A stretch of DNA of 64,000 nt from Octopus bimaculoides (lineage: Eukaryota): the NCBI RefSeq assembly GCF_001194135.2, contig NC_068989.1:94451959-94515958 (forward strand), written 5' to 3'. Positions 37,441 through 52,191 of the stretch are shown here, one piece after another. Under the pieces are notes generated by a model. That model was given only the letters and a program-made list of their open reading frames with translations, made no database searches and had not been told where the DNA came from. Within the stretch, counting starts at the first letter, position 1; each line of letters begins with the position of its first letter. The translations under genes and the position numbers were made by a program.

Positions 37441-39497
37441 TACACTGTACATATATATCTCTATATAAACATATATATATACATATTGTGTGTGTGAGTG
37501 CGCCAGTGTGTGTCAATGTGCGTGTATATGAGTTTGCGTACGTATGCGTGTCTGTGTGTGTCTATGTGGATATGTATGTGTGTGTGTGCGTGTAAAACTC
37601 TTTTTATTTTTTAGTTTCTTCCTCTACTCAGAGATGTTCTTTGAATTACCCAAGCAATTAGTTTTCATAAGTATTATAACGAATATAATTTCTCGGACAT
37701 AATTTTAATTATGAAAAATATTGAATTTAGTTATTCTACTTACAAATATTATAGTAGTCATTCTTTTCCTATCGTAAGTGCAAACACGTTGTTCGGGCGA
37801 GATATATTTTATATATATATATACAGAATAGTAAAATGTATCAAATTCAAAATTTATTAAGTAGAGGCAAGAATTGAAAGATATACATTTCTGTTATGAA
37901 GATTAACGTATTTATAACTTCCATTCACAGATAATCTGTTTTTAGGATATCTGGAAGAGAATTACTCACATCGGCATGAACGCTTTTAGAATTTATATAT
38001 AAATAATGGAATTTATGGAACCGAGCAATCTCTGATCAACCAATAAAAGTTGTTTAAACTGAAGAAAAATAGTTTTATTACGAGAATTAGTAACAATCAA
38101 AAACCATTTGGATATTACGTCAAGCTAGAACATTGAGCTGTGTTACAATATATCCGTGGCGGACCTTCTTCAAATTTAATAAAATGTTATTATTACATTT
38201 TCTATCTAATTCTTACATGGCTTCTTACGTAAGAATAACTGTCTATATGATACACTAACTGCGGATATCCTATGCAACGTATTTTAAACATATTTACTAT
38301 TTCAGAAATTTAATTATAATCGTTTATAAAACGATTTAAAATGCGACTTCGTAGAGCTTGTCAGTGTATATAGTTTGTGACGTATGTAATGAACTTGATA
38401 TATCATGCAGTGAAATATCTGTAAAGTTAATTTGTTGATTGAAAAATCATTGAAGTATATTAATTGCCTGATATGTATTTCAAAAAGAAAGATGATTAAA
38501 CTTAGCTCTATAATTCGTAATGCTGTATACAGAACTGGTAACTAAAAACAAAACATGGTTCTTAACCGAAGTAGCAGCTCCACCTTAGGAGATTTTTGGA
38601 CTCAAAATGGAGCAGCGAATTACAAGGGATGTTCGGAGGAGCGCTAGAATTTTAGAGGGAAGCGTCGTTATTTTTCTTTCGAATAAAAATATTTAAACCA
38701 AGTAGATTTCATGTCTTTTCTAAAAGTTTTCGTTACGGATTAGAATGAGTCGATCATTGCGTCGTCAATGTACACATATATGACTGATAATCCATCGAGG
38801 ACAAATATAACTTCAACACTCAAGCTCCCGCCTTCTTCACTACTAATCATGAACATTTATCAAAGGAGATATAACTGTATGCGAATATAGAAAATTGGGA
38901 AAATGCCAAGTAGAAAGTATAAGGAAATATCTCCAATAGGCCACAGCACAAATTCACCTACTGTTTAATCAAAATTATCTGCTGTTTTATGATTACTATT
39001 ATTATTATTTCTTGCCAAACATTAGACGGAGATTTTGCAAGGTCTCGTCGGGTAAAGGAGGAAATTTGGTTACAGAAAGCTCGAGAACAATTCTATTAAA
39101 TAATGTTTTAAAAGTATGTCAAATTCTGTTCAATGACATGCATGTCAAAATATACCTGCAGTTAGTATGCGGTGAATATTTGTTGTATTAAAGAAACTAA
39201 TATCAAAACTTATAAACTTATATTTCCACAAAAAGGAATACATTAAATTCAATAAATATGTTAAGAGAGTTTGTTATATTGAAATATATTGTAAAATAAA
39301 TAAAGCTGTGCAATGTGTCTTCCGGAAATATCAAATGAGAATTAATTGTTAAGCATTCCACGGTAACACAGCAGGAGAGAAACAAATAAAATATTTTCTG
39401 TAGCTTCAATTACTTTTCCTTAGCATAGAGAAAGCGACTTGGAGCAATTAAAACTATAGCTTCATACAGTAATTATAATGATAATGGTAACGACGAC

Positions 39498-39530
<33 letters not shown>

Positions 39531-40389
39531 ATAGGTAATTAATAAACACATAACACTTGGTTCGGAAGGAGTTGAAGTTTAATTATTGCCATTAAATTCC
39601 GTAGAAATTTTCTCAAATTGAAAACGTCGACATAAAACTAGAATAGTAAAAGAAATTTGTACAATAAATATTTTAGTTACTGGAGAAGATTTAGATTTCG
39701 GAAGTGATAACGGTTAAAATTTAAAATTATCTACTTCAGTATTTCGCTGCCATTCGTTACGACGTCGCTCACCTTGAATGAAACGATTGAAAATACTGAT
39801 AATGTCACTTGCTTATTGCACATTGCTGTTGGTCTCAATAAACTGAACAGCTTCGTTCTTCTTTGTCATTTATAATTAACTTCATTAAAACTGTAAACTT
39901 TTCCGCTTTGTGGCGTTGCGTGTAAATTATACTCTTCATTATTCATTATGCAGTATGATAAAAACGAGGCGATAGTTAACAATAGTATCTTTTATTTGAT
40001 CAATGCATGATACATCTATTGTAACAGAACACAAAATAAAACACTAATATTATTGTCGTTTCAGGTATTAAACATCGTCCTTATATAAAACAATAAGAAG
40101 CTTTTCAGACTTTTATTGTGTGCAGTAAGAATATTCAGAATTTTCCCTTACAAATAGCCAATGTTAGATTTGCTAAAATTAGAAACACGCCATAAAATAT
40201 AAGTATCGTAAATGATATTTATTTTAAATTTATGTAAATTTATCATTTAGCCCATTTATTAAAGCCCGTAATCATTTACAACGCCGTGAACTTTCGAATG
40301 GGATGCTAGAATTCAACATGCTATAATTAAATGCTAATTTTCAAAAGAGTTTAGACAAAAGAGTTTTTAGAGAAAATTAGCAATAGTTT

Positions 40390-40580
40390 AAAATTTTGGT
40401 ATAATGCCAGCAATTTCGGAGATGTGGTAATATTATTACCTCAAACCCTGTGCTCAACTGGTACTATTTTATCGAACCTGATAGGGTGAAACGCAAAGTC
40501 GACTTCGGCAGAATTGAACGTGAAGACGGATGGAATGCCGCTAAGCACTCTACCCGGTGTGCTAGCGATTGTAACAGCCT
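40390..40580 (-). mobile_element. SINE, family M
   Basis: aattttggtataatgccagcaatttcgg...caactggtactattttatcgaacc...aaagtcgacttcggcagaattgaacgtgaagacgg...cccggtgtgctagcgatt. Confidence 0.7.
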
Positions 40581-43500
40581 TGAGATGAAGAATTAATGTT
40601 GCAATAAACATCTCTCTCTTTAGCATGGAATATATTGAAATGCTGGAACCAGGACCAATATTAATTTAGAGAGGTAAGTTTTTATGACATAGCGATAACG
40701 AGTTTTCATAAAAAAAAAACAGAAAAGCAGATATTATCGAAAAGAATTTAGCAATATTACCGTTTTTATCATTTGATACTGACATTTGAATACCGAAAGG
40801 TAACTAGCCGAGACGTAGCAGGACTTCAGTAGTAATAACTGCCATATATTAGTACTTAGCATGAACATCAAATCAGGATTTGAATCTGGCAAGTCAGACA
40901 GGCGAGAACATTCTCTGTTAATGCACAGCTATAACTACGATAAGGATCAAATCTAACGCTCGAAACTGAAATGATAGCATTCTTAAACGTTTAGCTGTTA
41001 CATGTAATTTCATTGGCCTACGAATTTCATATCTCTTCAGTCTTGCTTTTTGTTGCAACTAGAGTATTCTATTTTACCACCGAGCGGCTTGATCACATGA
41101 CATCTCTACACAAGCCCTTATCAGATCTCATACTAACCATTCCGTATAATACTTGCTATCTAGAAGTCTCTCCCTAGTAATGCGCCTCAAAGGCCAGTTT
41201 TTCGCACTTCTATTTATGAGGAACAGCATATGTGCACACATTTCTGGTGTCTGCGAGATGAGGGGCCAAAATAGTCATGATCACGGCACCTTTCAACAGG
41301 CTTTTTATTTTATTAAAAACACATTTGCTGATATTGGACTGGATGAATGGGTTTAAATATCTCGAAGATGAAGCTAATTAGAAACGATAATTGAATATAA
41401 ATTCTCCATTTTCCTGAAGATGTTTCAATATCTGTGGATTCAAGTGGTTGATTCTGGTTGCTCGATGATATATTTGATTTAGATCTATATACATATAGGG
41501 ATTTGAAATCTTGTTAAAGATTAGATATATAGCAATATATTATTTTGCCTTGGAGCAAAGGACATATTGCCAAATATTTATCATCCTATATTCACAAAGT
41601 TAGCCTTCTCATATACTTCATTATAGCAACACGCTTCAAATTATATCATGAATATTTACTCCTTACATTTTGCAATATTAAATGTTTGTTTAATATTTCT
41701 ATTATGATATCAAATATTTATTGAAAGTTAGAGAATCTTAAACGAAGACTGTTTTATTAATTATGAAATATATATTTACAACAGCACTAGATTTCCTACA
41801 ATTTTAAACAGTTCGCAAAAATAATTTCGTTCAAAGGTTTTCAGCAGGATCTACATGTTTGTACATCAAGAATGCCACATTTCAAGAATTGATAATATAT
41901 TTCATACATCAAATAATTTTCTCCAAATATATTCAAGTAGATCTGGCAAACATTTTATTGGCAAATTGTCACATATTGAACACGAACGAGAATGTTATTT
42001 GTTGTAATGTGGTGTGAAATGGCTCAAAGCTGATATTGAATTTTATGAGATATTCCACTTCCTGACCTTTCTAACATGACCAAATTTGAGGTCTTCTTAT
42101 TTACTGGGTTGACTGAAAAAAAGGTACGCCAAACGTTGATTGTTTCGTATGAGGGTTTCGAAACAAAACAATTTAAAAAGAATGACCATATAAAAAATAT
42201 TTGCAACGCTTTACGTTTTTGCAAATGAAATATTTATATTACAATAAAGGTAAACGAAAATAATTTATGATTTTTTTTTCTATTGGATTCAGCTCAAAGC
42301 TGCGGCCATGCTGGGTCAAATTGTTTATTTTAATTTTAGTTTTGTGGGTATTCATTTCTGATGAATAAGATATTTGATCAGAACGTTCTATTTTTATACA
42401 ATATAGCACGACGGAATTACTCAATAAGTTGGTCTTTCTTTTCTAGCCTGATAAGATGAACAAATAGATTTGTTAGTTAACCGACTTTTGTGTTTTTCCC
42501 TCCTTGACCACTGAATAATTTGTTAGCTCTCGGGAGATTATGTTATCCTCTGGAGGTGTATGTTGCCTCCAGGTGGGTTGTTCATAGTATTTGTTTTCAT
42601 TGGCTGAGAATGATGTGCAATATTTTATTCGAGTCGGTGGAAAGGAAGAAGTTACCTCAAACCAAAGACGTGTGCCGAATGCATGCAACTAAATGATTTC
42701 CGGTAAAGGCAACTAAGGCTGAGGCTGTGGTTTTAAAGCGGATGGGGAATTAAGTCTAACTCACAAGGACAAAAAAATGCAAACGGCTATGACAAATACT
42801 GCAAAAGACTTGATATACCCGGCGGCGTAATAATCCTGCGAATCCATTGCCCTGAAAAAAGTAATTTATTTCATCAAACCCGTAATAATGAAAAAGAAGT
42901 TGTGGATTCATGAGAATTTGAACTCAGCAAAACTGAACTGCAGAAAAGCAGAACAAATGCTATTGAAGTAGAGATGACTTAATCTACAGCTGTTCGCTTA
43001 ATTTGGTGTTCCTCTATAGAGTACAGAAGGATTACACTAGTTACTCTTTGGGTTTTAATAATGCATATATTAGCTTTAGAGAATTGGATAACAGTATTAG
43101 TCAAAATCATAAAACTCTTAATCCAATGCCATTGTGAGTAGTAAGAATATATTCGTATTATACTTTATTTCTATGAAAAATCTTCATAAAAACTTGAAAT
43201 TTAAGAATATATAAAATCAAAAAGATTTTGTTTTAAAATGTGCCTCTTAGTGCGCGCACACACACACATACACACACACACTATATTCAAATAATTTAAT
43301 ATTCTTATATTGGTATTCCATTCGAGTAATATTGTTTAAATAATTCTTCGATATATTATTATACTGATGACGAAGATGTAGACATAATTTCTTCCATATA
43401 GACTTTTTTTAATACTATATGAATGCCTGTATTTTTACCAATATTAATACTTATTCATAATAGATATTAGAATATATGTACAGTTAAGCACCTAATTATA

Positions 43501-43659
43501 TAAGAAATAACATAATTTATATATACAGAAGCTAAGATAAATAAAGATAAAGAAAAAGAACAAACAGTATCTACGTGAACCTCCCGGGTTTGGGTTCGCA
43601 TATCTCATGCGTTGCGCAAATCAGATGTTTCAATATAAAACGATGCATTAAGGCAGGGA

Positions 43660-43800
43660 CCTCGGAAGCTGCTTCGTGACATTTCGTCCGTCTTCACGTT
43701 CTCAGAATTTTACCGAGATCGATTTTGCCTTTCATTCTTCCGATAAAATAAGTGCCAACTGAATACTGGGATCGATGTTATCGACTAGCCGCCCCACCAC
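43660..43800 (+). mobile_element. SINE, family M
   Basis: catttcgtccgtcttcacgttct...gattttgcctttcattcttccgataaaataagtgccaactgaatactgggatcgatgttatcgact. Confidence 0.6.
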
Positions 43801-45050
43801 CACCACCATAAAATCTCATCTGGAGATATGTTTCTTAAGTCTTTTATTGATATGCAAAAGGAGTGCACATGGGCTATCTGTGGGCCTCCATGTTTAGGAG
43901 TAGAATGATGGAAGTTATACTCAAACCAGCCACCTGACGTGATTGTATGCCACTAATCGGATTCCATTGCAATTACCTAAGTTAGCAGATGATTGTTTAA
44001 GCCTATTGTTCGATCAAGTTCGCCACCTTAATAGGTCAAGCTGAAGTTCCAGTCAGAATATTGAAAACAAAAACAAATACTGCAACGTACTCGCAACGTC
44101 GTAGTGTGAGCGCCAACAATCTACGATCACATGTTCAAAAGACCTTCCATCTTAGGTTATAGAGAATTTGATGAGACACAGATAACAGCAATTTGCATAG
44201 GTATCATAAACATTTACTGTGAGCACATAATATAAGATAAAATGAAATAAGGAAATAATTAAATAGCCTATACACCGAAGGTAGAATGCTCTACCACATG
44301 GAAAGTTACATATTGTGGCGTCTGTCTTAGTCGGAGAAGAAAACAGATCTGGAAGCGAATTTTAACGGCTCTCAAAGAAAAAATGGAACATAAATTGACG
44401 GAATTCACGCCTCCAAGTTGATTATGATACTGAATCAAAAATGTGATAATCTTTGAAGATAATGGAAGATCAGGCACATACTTCGACGTAATAGCCGCCA
44501 TCAGCATGGCTACATTTATAAAAACTTTTTTGGTCAGTTGATATCTATATTTTCTTACGAATTATTCTCTACACCCCACGTAATTTTGTATAACTAAAAC
44601 ATAAATAGCCCCAGTGAACTAGCACGGATAGGTGAAAAACCCGAAATTAGATATACAACGAATTAAGAATTAATCTCACCCAAAATATGATCGACATGCT
44701 TTGATGGGGAAGTATGACCTTTTGTTTCAGACAAGAAGCATATATTTCTGTGTTTGTATCTATCAGATTTCATAAGAGGAGTATAACACAAAATAATCGT
44801 CAATATTCTAGAAAACTAAAACTAAATGTTGGTGTTATCTATCTATCTAACTATCTATGATATNNNNNNNNNNNNNNNNNNNNNNNNNNNNNNNNNNNNN
44901 NNNNNNNNNNNNNNNNNNNNNNNNNNNNNNNNNNNNNNNNNNNNNNNNNNNNNNNNNNNNNNNNNNNNNNNNNNNNNNNNNNNNNNNNNNNNNNNNNNNN
45001 NNNNNNNNNNNNNNNNNNNNNNNNNNNNNNNNNNNNNNNNNNNNNNNNNN

Positions 45051-45081
<31 letters not shown>

Positions 45082-46056
45082 TGCATATATACATACGTAT
45101 ATGCACATACTAATATATATACGTATATATATATATATGCATATGTGGGCACAGGACGTCATGGAACGTGTACAACAAAAAAGTACGAAGCACAAGTCTT
45201 CTTGTTTGTCTCCTGTCCTAGCTTGATGTACGCGTTCACCACAACTTTGTTTAGGCTTAGCAGCTCTTCATGTTTGTTTTCACTGTCCTGTTTGTGTTAT
45301 CTATTTTTGAACCTCCGCAAAATCCCAAATTTTATTTAATCTGCTTTGCGGGAGCAACTGTTTTATGGAAAGCGTATATTGTTGTTAAATGTTCGAAATA
45401 CGAGACTAGAAAAACAGCCAACAACTGATGAAAGGGCATTCTTTATGCTGTTTGTTTTGTTTTCCATTCGTGTCTTTCGTTAATATGCATATACTTATAT
45501 ATATATGTATATATTATTTATATTATTATACGATTGAACGCCACGCATCCTCTCAAAAGTATANNNNNNNNNNTATATATATCCGAAGTGTCATAAAGAG
45601 AGTCGGCAAACTACATTGGAGAATTTCAAAAACTGGTATTAAATTCCGAAGACATTTGAGATACCAAATATATAATATGAAGAATGCCATAAATGCTTAT
45701 TGTATTATATTGGTTTCAACTAGTTTCAGATGTTGGCTCAAGGCCCCTATTGCATTATATTACAAGATCATTATAAATATCTCGGTTACACTTGGACACA
45801 AATACACAAACACACATTAACGTTTATATTTAATTTGTAAATGGCAGAAAACCGGAACTTATGACATGTTGAATGACACAGACGACATTTTAGCATAACT
45901 TGAGGCCATACTAGTACAATGCATTTGCCTTTGACAACTGATAACACATTCATCTCCTTAAGATTGCGTTATTCCTCGATGCTATATTTGCTATATTTCC
46001 CAGAGAGAAAATACTGGAATATAGTCTTTTTCGTATCACATAATTTATAGAACAGA

Positions 46057-46103
<47 letters not shown>

Positions 46104-48299
46104 NNNNNNNNNNGAATGTATTTATCCTCATTGTTACTGTTGTGGCTATGGAATTAAGAGATGTGTTGCTGCGCGCATACATATGTATGTATATACACGC
46201 ACGCATGAGAGTGAGTACGGGGGGATTTACACAGCACACGTGTGTGGGGGGGGGCGCAGGCAGGCTAGCATCTTGACCGGCCACTGGCTATCCAACCGTA
46301 GCTAAGCGTAGGCAGTTTAAAACAATAGTTGCCCAATTGGAAGGAGGAAGTTAGCGGTAGTAATCAACCCTCCCCCACTAGCAGCAGAATGCTAGAGCCG
46401 TTGGAAGAGGCAACAGGATATCTTACATCGCTAAGTTTGAAAGTTTGGCATATTATTGTTGTTGTTGTTGGTGGTGTTGTTGTTGTTGTTGTTGTTGTTG
46501 TCACCGTCATCTTCACTGTTATTGCTACTAGAACATTAATTGCTACTAGAATATTAATAACTTGTATAAAATGAACTTCTACATAGAACCTTCCAATATA
46601 TACAGAAATGACACACACTCAACAAAACCTCCTTTCTAAAAAACACTTCCAGCTTTCTAGATACGGCTAATAGAGCTGATGCCACAAACAACGTATGTGG
46701 TGGAATGTTTGCTTATAAAAACTTGTATATGCACACATGAGAGTAAGGGGACATCCGAGTAAGGCTGTGCACACGAACCAACACATATAGATGTGCATTG
46801 GAGTGCCTATAGCGATCTATCTATAATGTTTGTAGGCTTTTTGGGTGCCTTGTGTTTCTAAGGGTTTTTTGACATATATCTTTTCTATATGTTTGCATGT
46901 CCCACATGCAATACCNNNNNNNNNNNNNNNNNNNNNNNNNNNNNNNNNNNNNNNNNNNNNNNNNNNNNNNNNNNNNNNNNNNNNNNNNNNNNNNNNNNNN
47001 NNNNNNNNNNNNNNNNNNNNNNNNNNNNNNNNNNNNNNNNNNNNNNNNNNNNNNNNNNNNNNNNNNNNNNNNNNNNNNNNNNNNNNNNNNNNNNNNNNNN
47101 NNNNNNNNNNNNNNNNNNNNNNNNNNNNNNNNNNNNNNNNNNNNNNNNNNNNNNNNNNNNNNNNNNNNNNNNNNNNNNNNNNNNNNNNNNNNNNNNNNNN
47201 NNNNNNNNNNNNNNNNNNNNNNNNNNNNNNNNNNNNNNNNNNNNNNNNNNNNNNNNNNNNNNNNNNNNNNNNNNNNNNNNNNNNNNNNNNNNNNNNNNNN
47301 NNNNNNNNNNNNNNNNNNNNNNNNNNNNNNNNNNNNNNNNNNNNNNNNNNNNNNNNNNNNNNNNNNNNNNNNNNNNNNNNNNNNNNNNNNNNNNNNNNNN
47401 NNNNNNNNNNNNNNNNNNNNNNNNNNNNNNNNNNNNNNNNNNNNNNNNNNNNNNNATCCTCTAATTCCTTATGTACTTTGTACTTCTATATGTAAACCAT
47501 GTTGGCAAAATAACATAGTCTGCCATGGACACCTGTGCTTGGTTCTTTCTTTCTTTCTTTTTCTTTTCTTCCTCCCTTTGTCACTTTTGCTATGAATTAA
47601 ATTAATGAATTCAACGGGATACGCCGTCTGCAAGTAGTTGGGTTCAGCATATTATCCTCCATTTTCTAATTGTTACACAAATTTTGGGTAAAACCTCCAC
47701 TTTTACCCGCTCCCATTGATTGCACCTAGTATAGCACTAGCGTAGCAATAATTGGGTACCCTCCCAGCAGTATACTGGATAGATACTATCCCTTAGTGGG
47801 TTGTACCCCCAACCCCTATATATATATATACACACTCTAAATTTACTTTCGACTAGCAAATATTCTAGTATGGCTTGTATACCTTGTATACTTGCATGCT
47901 AAACTTTGAATTAGGAAAAACAACTTCATGGTTAACCTCTCTGGAAACGATAACACAAATATCACGCTGACTTGAATTTTAAAACTAGGACTTTCGAATG
48001 ACAATATATTTCAATTACATATTACAAAAAATAAATCTGATACATCCGGCAAATGTATGAAGAAGCTGTGGGTGTATCACACCACAAGTGGAGAAGGTTC
48101 ATTTCAAATACTAGGCTAATTAAATTTGCTCCATTGATGCCTTTTGAATAGTTATGTGCTCATAAATCTTATCTAGCCGTTCTTCTAATATACTGAAGAT
48201 TTACAACTTGACGAAATGTACCAATATTGATTTATTTTATTCCAGAATTATTTAATCTCAAATCTGATTGGAATTTACTATAATGATATTATTTTTCGT

Positions 48300-48495
48300 G
48301 AGTTTAATGCAACAGAATCAGTAGCGCGTCGAACAAAATACTTAGCGGTATATCTTGCGGCTCATTACGATTTGAGTCCAATTCCCCCCGTGGTCAACTT
48401 TGCCTTTCATCCTTATGAAAAGAACGAGTGAAGAACTGGAACGATGTAATAGACTCGTCCCGTCCCCTAAAAATTGCCGGCCTGGCGCCAATGGT
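48300..48495 (+). mobile_element. SINE, family M, degenerate
   Basis: aaaatacttagcggt...gtggtcaactttgcctttcatcctt...cccctaaaaattgccggcctggcgccaa. Confidence 0.55.
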
Positions 48496-49333
48496 AGAAG
48501 CTATTATTTTTCATGAGTCCTTAAACTGTTACTTATCAATAAAAATAAACTAATTTGGATTTAGTTGGTTATGCTTTCATCTGTCAAAATTGTTCTTGCG
48601 AAGGGCTATAAGAAATATATATTTCTGAAATCATGATGAGGACATTCTTTTGTTGCTCAAGAATATTATTCAATATTGTTTTTAGTTTTTCTTGCATATC
48701 TTCTCAAACAGCGATGTATATATAACTGAAGTGCTGTAACACTTCATTGCTTCTTCCTCCACGACGGTTGCTAGGAAAATATAAGGATTCTATTTCGAAA
48801 ACAATTCATAGATTCTTATAAATTTTGTCCTTTTTACATCAAAACTGAACTATAAATTCTCTTTTGTTCAAAAGACATAATGTTGTTTGCATGCACTAAA
48901 AAAAGCACTTATACGAACGCTAACGATTGATTTGGATAATTATGTAAATGCGTATGTTACGTAATACAGAGTCTGTAATTAAAAATATCTGTTTAAAAAT
49001 ATCATTAGAACAAGCTATTTCTAGAAATATCTAAAATGAAACTGAATTGTATGAGTTGATGTTTTTGAGTTTTTTTTTCAATCTATTATTTGATCATTCT
49101 ACAGTGTTGTCTCAGTCATTCGACTGCTGAACGCCGGAGAATCTCCTCGTAAAATATTAATCGATCATAGCAATGTTAGTATTTAGTCCAATGTGATAAT
49201 TATTTTAGCTGAATCATACGTGTTGAACAAGTTTTAGAAGAAAAGAATACATTTACAACACCAGTAAATTAGTTTACGTTTAAACACGTACATTCTACAA
49301 CATACACACACATGCACACACACTCACACACAC

Positions 49334-49374
<41 letters not shown>

Positions 49375-49379
<5 letters not shown>

Positions 49380-49545
49380 GAGAATGTACGAAAAAAAAAC
49401 AACAACAGACGAGGACAGGTGGTGTAAACAACAAAAGGATGTATTAGTATGACGCTCGGGAATACGGAAAGTCTTTAACGTTTCGAGCTACGCTCTTCGA
49501 CAGAAAGCATACGGAGAAAACAAGGAGAAAAACACGGGGAGAAAC
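49375..49545 (-). mobile_element. PLE-like terminal repeat (family C), copy 1
   Basis: About 90% identical by eye to 58030-58195; both abut (TA)n and contain a hammerhead-like motif. Confidence 0.6.
49472..49508 (-). ncRNA. Minimal hammerhead-like motif, variant core CTGTCGA
   Basis: Minus strand: cttt-CTGTCGA-a-GAGcgtagCTC-GAAA-CG-TT-aaag. Confidence 0.4.
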
Positions 49546-49969
49546 ATATTCATATACACACAAATACATTCACGTATATGTATATACATATACATACATG
49601 CATATATATATACATCACTAGAGCTGTAAAAATCTGTAAAGCTTTCCAGAAGTTTATCATTTAAGCATATGTGAACGCGTCTAGATATACAAGTACATGC
49701 ATGACAATCACATGAAACAAAACATACAAAACATACATATATGCACGCATATATACATACACACATACATGCATACACATATGCATACACGCACACAAAT
49801 GCATACATACATGCATACATACATGTATACATACATGCATACATACATACATACATACGTGCATATATACATACATATATACATACATACATGCATGCAT
49901 AGAAACCAGCACCTTCTCCAGAAAAATGATTTAAAAACGGTTAAATGCAGAAGAGATAGCCATATGTAG

Positions 49970-50135
49970 CTGAGTCCTCAGAGAAAGCTGTCGAATATAT
50001 TCGACTTAGAAACATCTTGAAACCATGGTTCGTAGAAAACTTCTCTACTTCGAAACAAACTTTGAGCAACACACCATTCTCATCAAGACATGGAAAACAT
50101 CCAGTGGCGCGCATGCTAAAGATTATTGACAATGA
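49970..50135 (+). mobile_element. Possible RTE-clade LINE ORF2 3' relic
   Basis: IRLR...W...SKQTLS...RHGKHPVAR...IIDN resembles the recalled RTE motif RRLRW.GH...P.HG.R..GRP...IDN. Confidence 0.35.
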
Positions 50136-51719
50136 TGATAGAAATCACATGCCGTTATATGGTGTTAATTACAGGAATAAGGATACCTTCCTATGCACAG
50201 CTGCTGCCACTCCTAAAGAAAACGTAGGAGAAATATGCTGCATACATGTTTATACAGCTATTGCACAAAAGGAAGCTAGATGGAAAACTAAACATCAACA
50301 ACCGGCACTGCCATATTGGATGGTTAACAATGATAATAAAATGTAAAGGGAATAATGATTTCATAAGTCGCTAATTGCTCCTTATGAAGAAATCATCAAA
50401 ACTTTATGGTGTCGCTTCACACCAACCTATTAAGGGAAAGCTAATTACTCAAAAACATAAACTCAAGACCCTGAGCGAATAACATCGCTACGTCTGGCAA
50501 AATTTTCAATGTGACTGTAAATCACGTTTGCGTGAAACCCGAAGGATAAGAGCTGTTCCGGTATATAACCTGAATCTAAAGAATTTCTCTAGAGGTTTTT
50601 AAGAGGGACTCCAAGTTGGTGTCTACATTCCTTCAAACGACTAGCGGGGAATCCACCAGAACTTACAGCAGAATAGTATTTGATTTCATTTATTGCAGCT
50701 ATAATGTCTGAAGCAGTGAAAGTTATGAGCCAGATTATAAGTTGACCATACATACATACATACGTTATTTTTAAAATATATATATATATATATATATATA
50801 TGATATATTTTTGTATATATATATATATATGATATATTTTTGTATATATNNNNNNNNNNNNNNNNNNNNNNNNNNNNNNNNNNNNNNNNNNNNNNNNNNN
50901 NNNNNNNNNNNNNNNNNNNNNNNNNNNNNNNNNNNNNNNNNNNNNNNNNNNNNNNNNNNNNNNNNNNNNNNNNNNNNNNNNNATATATATATATATATAT
51001 ATATAAATATATATATATATGTATATTTATATTTATATATATATGCTTATATCTATATCCGTTTCTCTCTCTCTGTGTATTTATCTGTATGAAAGCAGAT
51101 GCACATTATAGTTAAGAATGTATTCATAAAATCTGCATCAGTGTACATGTTATTACAGCTCAATATACGCTGGTTTCTTTTTCACTTGAATGACTTTTCT
51201 AAGGCAGTTTTTGAAAACCTGGCATGATAAAATCAGGAATTTTTGTCGCAGTAGGTTTTATGCAAACTGGCCGTTATAAAGTTAACATGTATTACAAACG
51301 AGTACATGAATTTACAAATAAATGAATGTAACATGCACTTCCGTAGTTTGGATCAAATAAGCTATTTCACCTTGTAAAATATAAGTGAGATGATATAAAT
51401 TGTTGATTTTATATCACCTGAACAAGGTAGCGTTATTCCAGAGAGAAATAATATTAGACTTAATTTCCGCTATAAGTATGAGAATTTACACCTGTAATAT
51501 ATCGTCGCTGATTAAAATTCAACACCTATTTAACCGACAGAAAAGCACTTTCATGTAACTGCATTGTTTTTATGACACATCCACATATTTTATGACAACC
51601 ATAAAAACAACAGTGATATCAAAATTTTAAGAATTTGTTCAAAGCAATTTTCAACGAAATGTTAATGTGAAATGGATATATTCACTAAAATTTTCAAACT
51701 GGCATTCTCTCAGTGACGA

Positions 51720-52048
51720 CGAGTGTTCCATTTGGTCTGATCAACAAAACATTCCGCTTGTAAACTTTACGTGTAAGTGGCTGAGCACTCCTCAGACACG
51801 TGAATCTGTAAAATCATTCTCAGGGAGGTCCAGCGTGACAGACGATGTGATACGGCTGGTACGACTCATTTTTGCCAATCCAGTGAAATAGAATTTGCAG
51901 CACCAGCTCCCAACTCCCAGTCCCAATCCACTGGACTGGAGTAACGTGAAATGATATATCTTGCTCAAGGACATAATGGGCCGCGTGGAATTGAAATCAT
52001 GACCTTTCGATCGTGATCTCAATTGACTCACCACTAAGCCACACACCT
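51720..52048 (-). mobile_element. tRNA-derived CORE-SINE
   Basis: Reverse complement: gtgtggcttagtgg head, tgtccttgagcaag...ctccagtcca CORE block, tail gaggagtgctcagccacttacacgt shared with the 52192 copy. Confidence 0.7.
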
Positions 52049-52091
52049 TTGTGTAATTATATATGAATGGGAGGGCGTGCATGTGTGTATG

Positions 52092-52139
<48 letters not shown>

Positions 52140-52191
52140 TGTCTGTATGTATCTATATCCTTATAATACGCGCACACACATATGTATAAGT

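Noticed and set aside
42473-42688. Minus ORF ending ..YYEQPTWRQHTPPEDNIISRELTNYSVVKEGKTQKSVN*
   Set aside because: Starts at a non-ATG codon, no recognisable domain, no consistent splice structure.
48193-48225. CTGAAGA...GAAA spacing like a hammerhead (also CTGATGA near 45425, 43365 and 12901)
   Set aside because: No stem I/II pairing or no GAAA in register.
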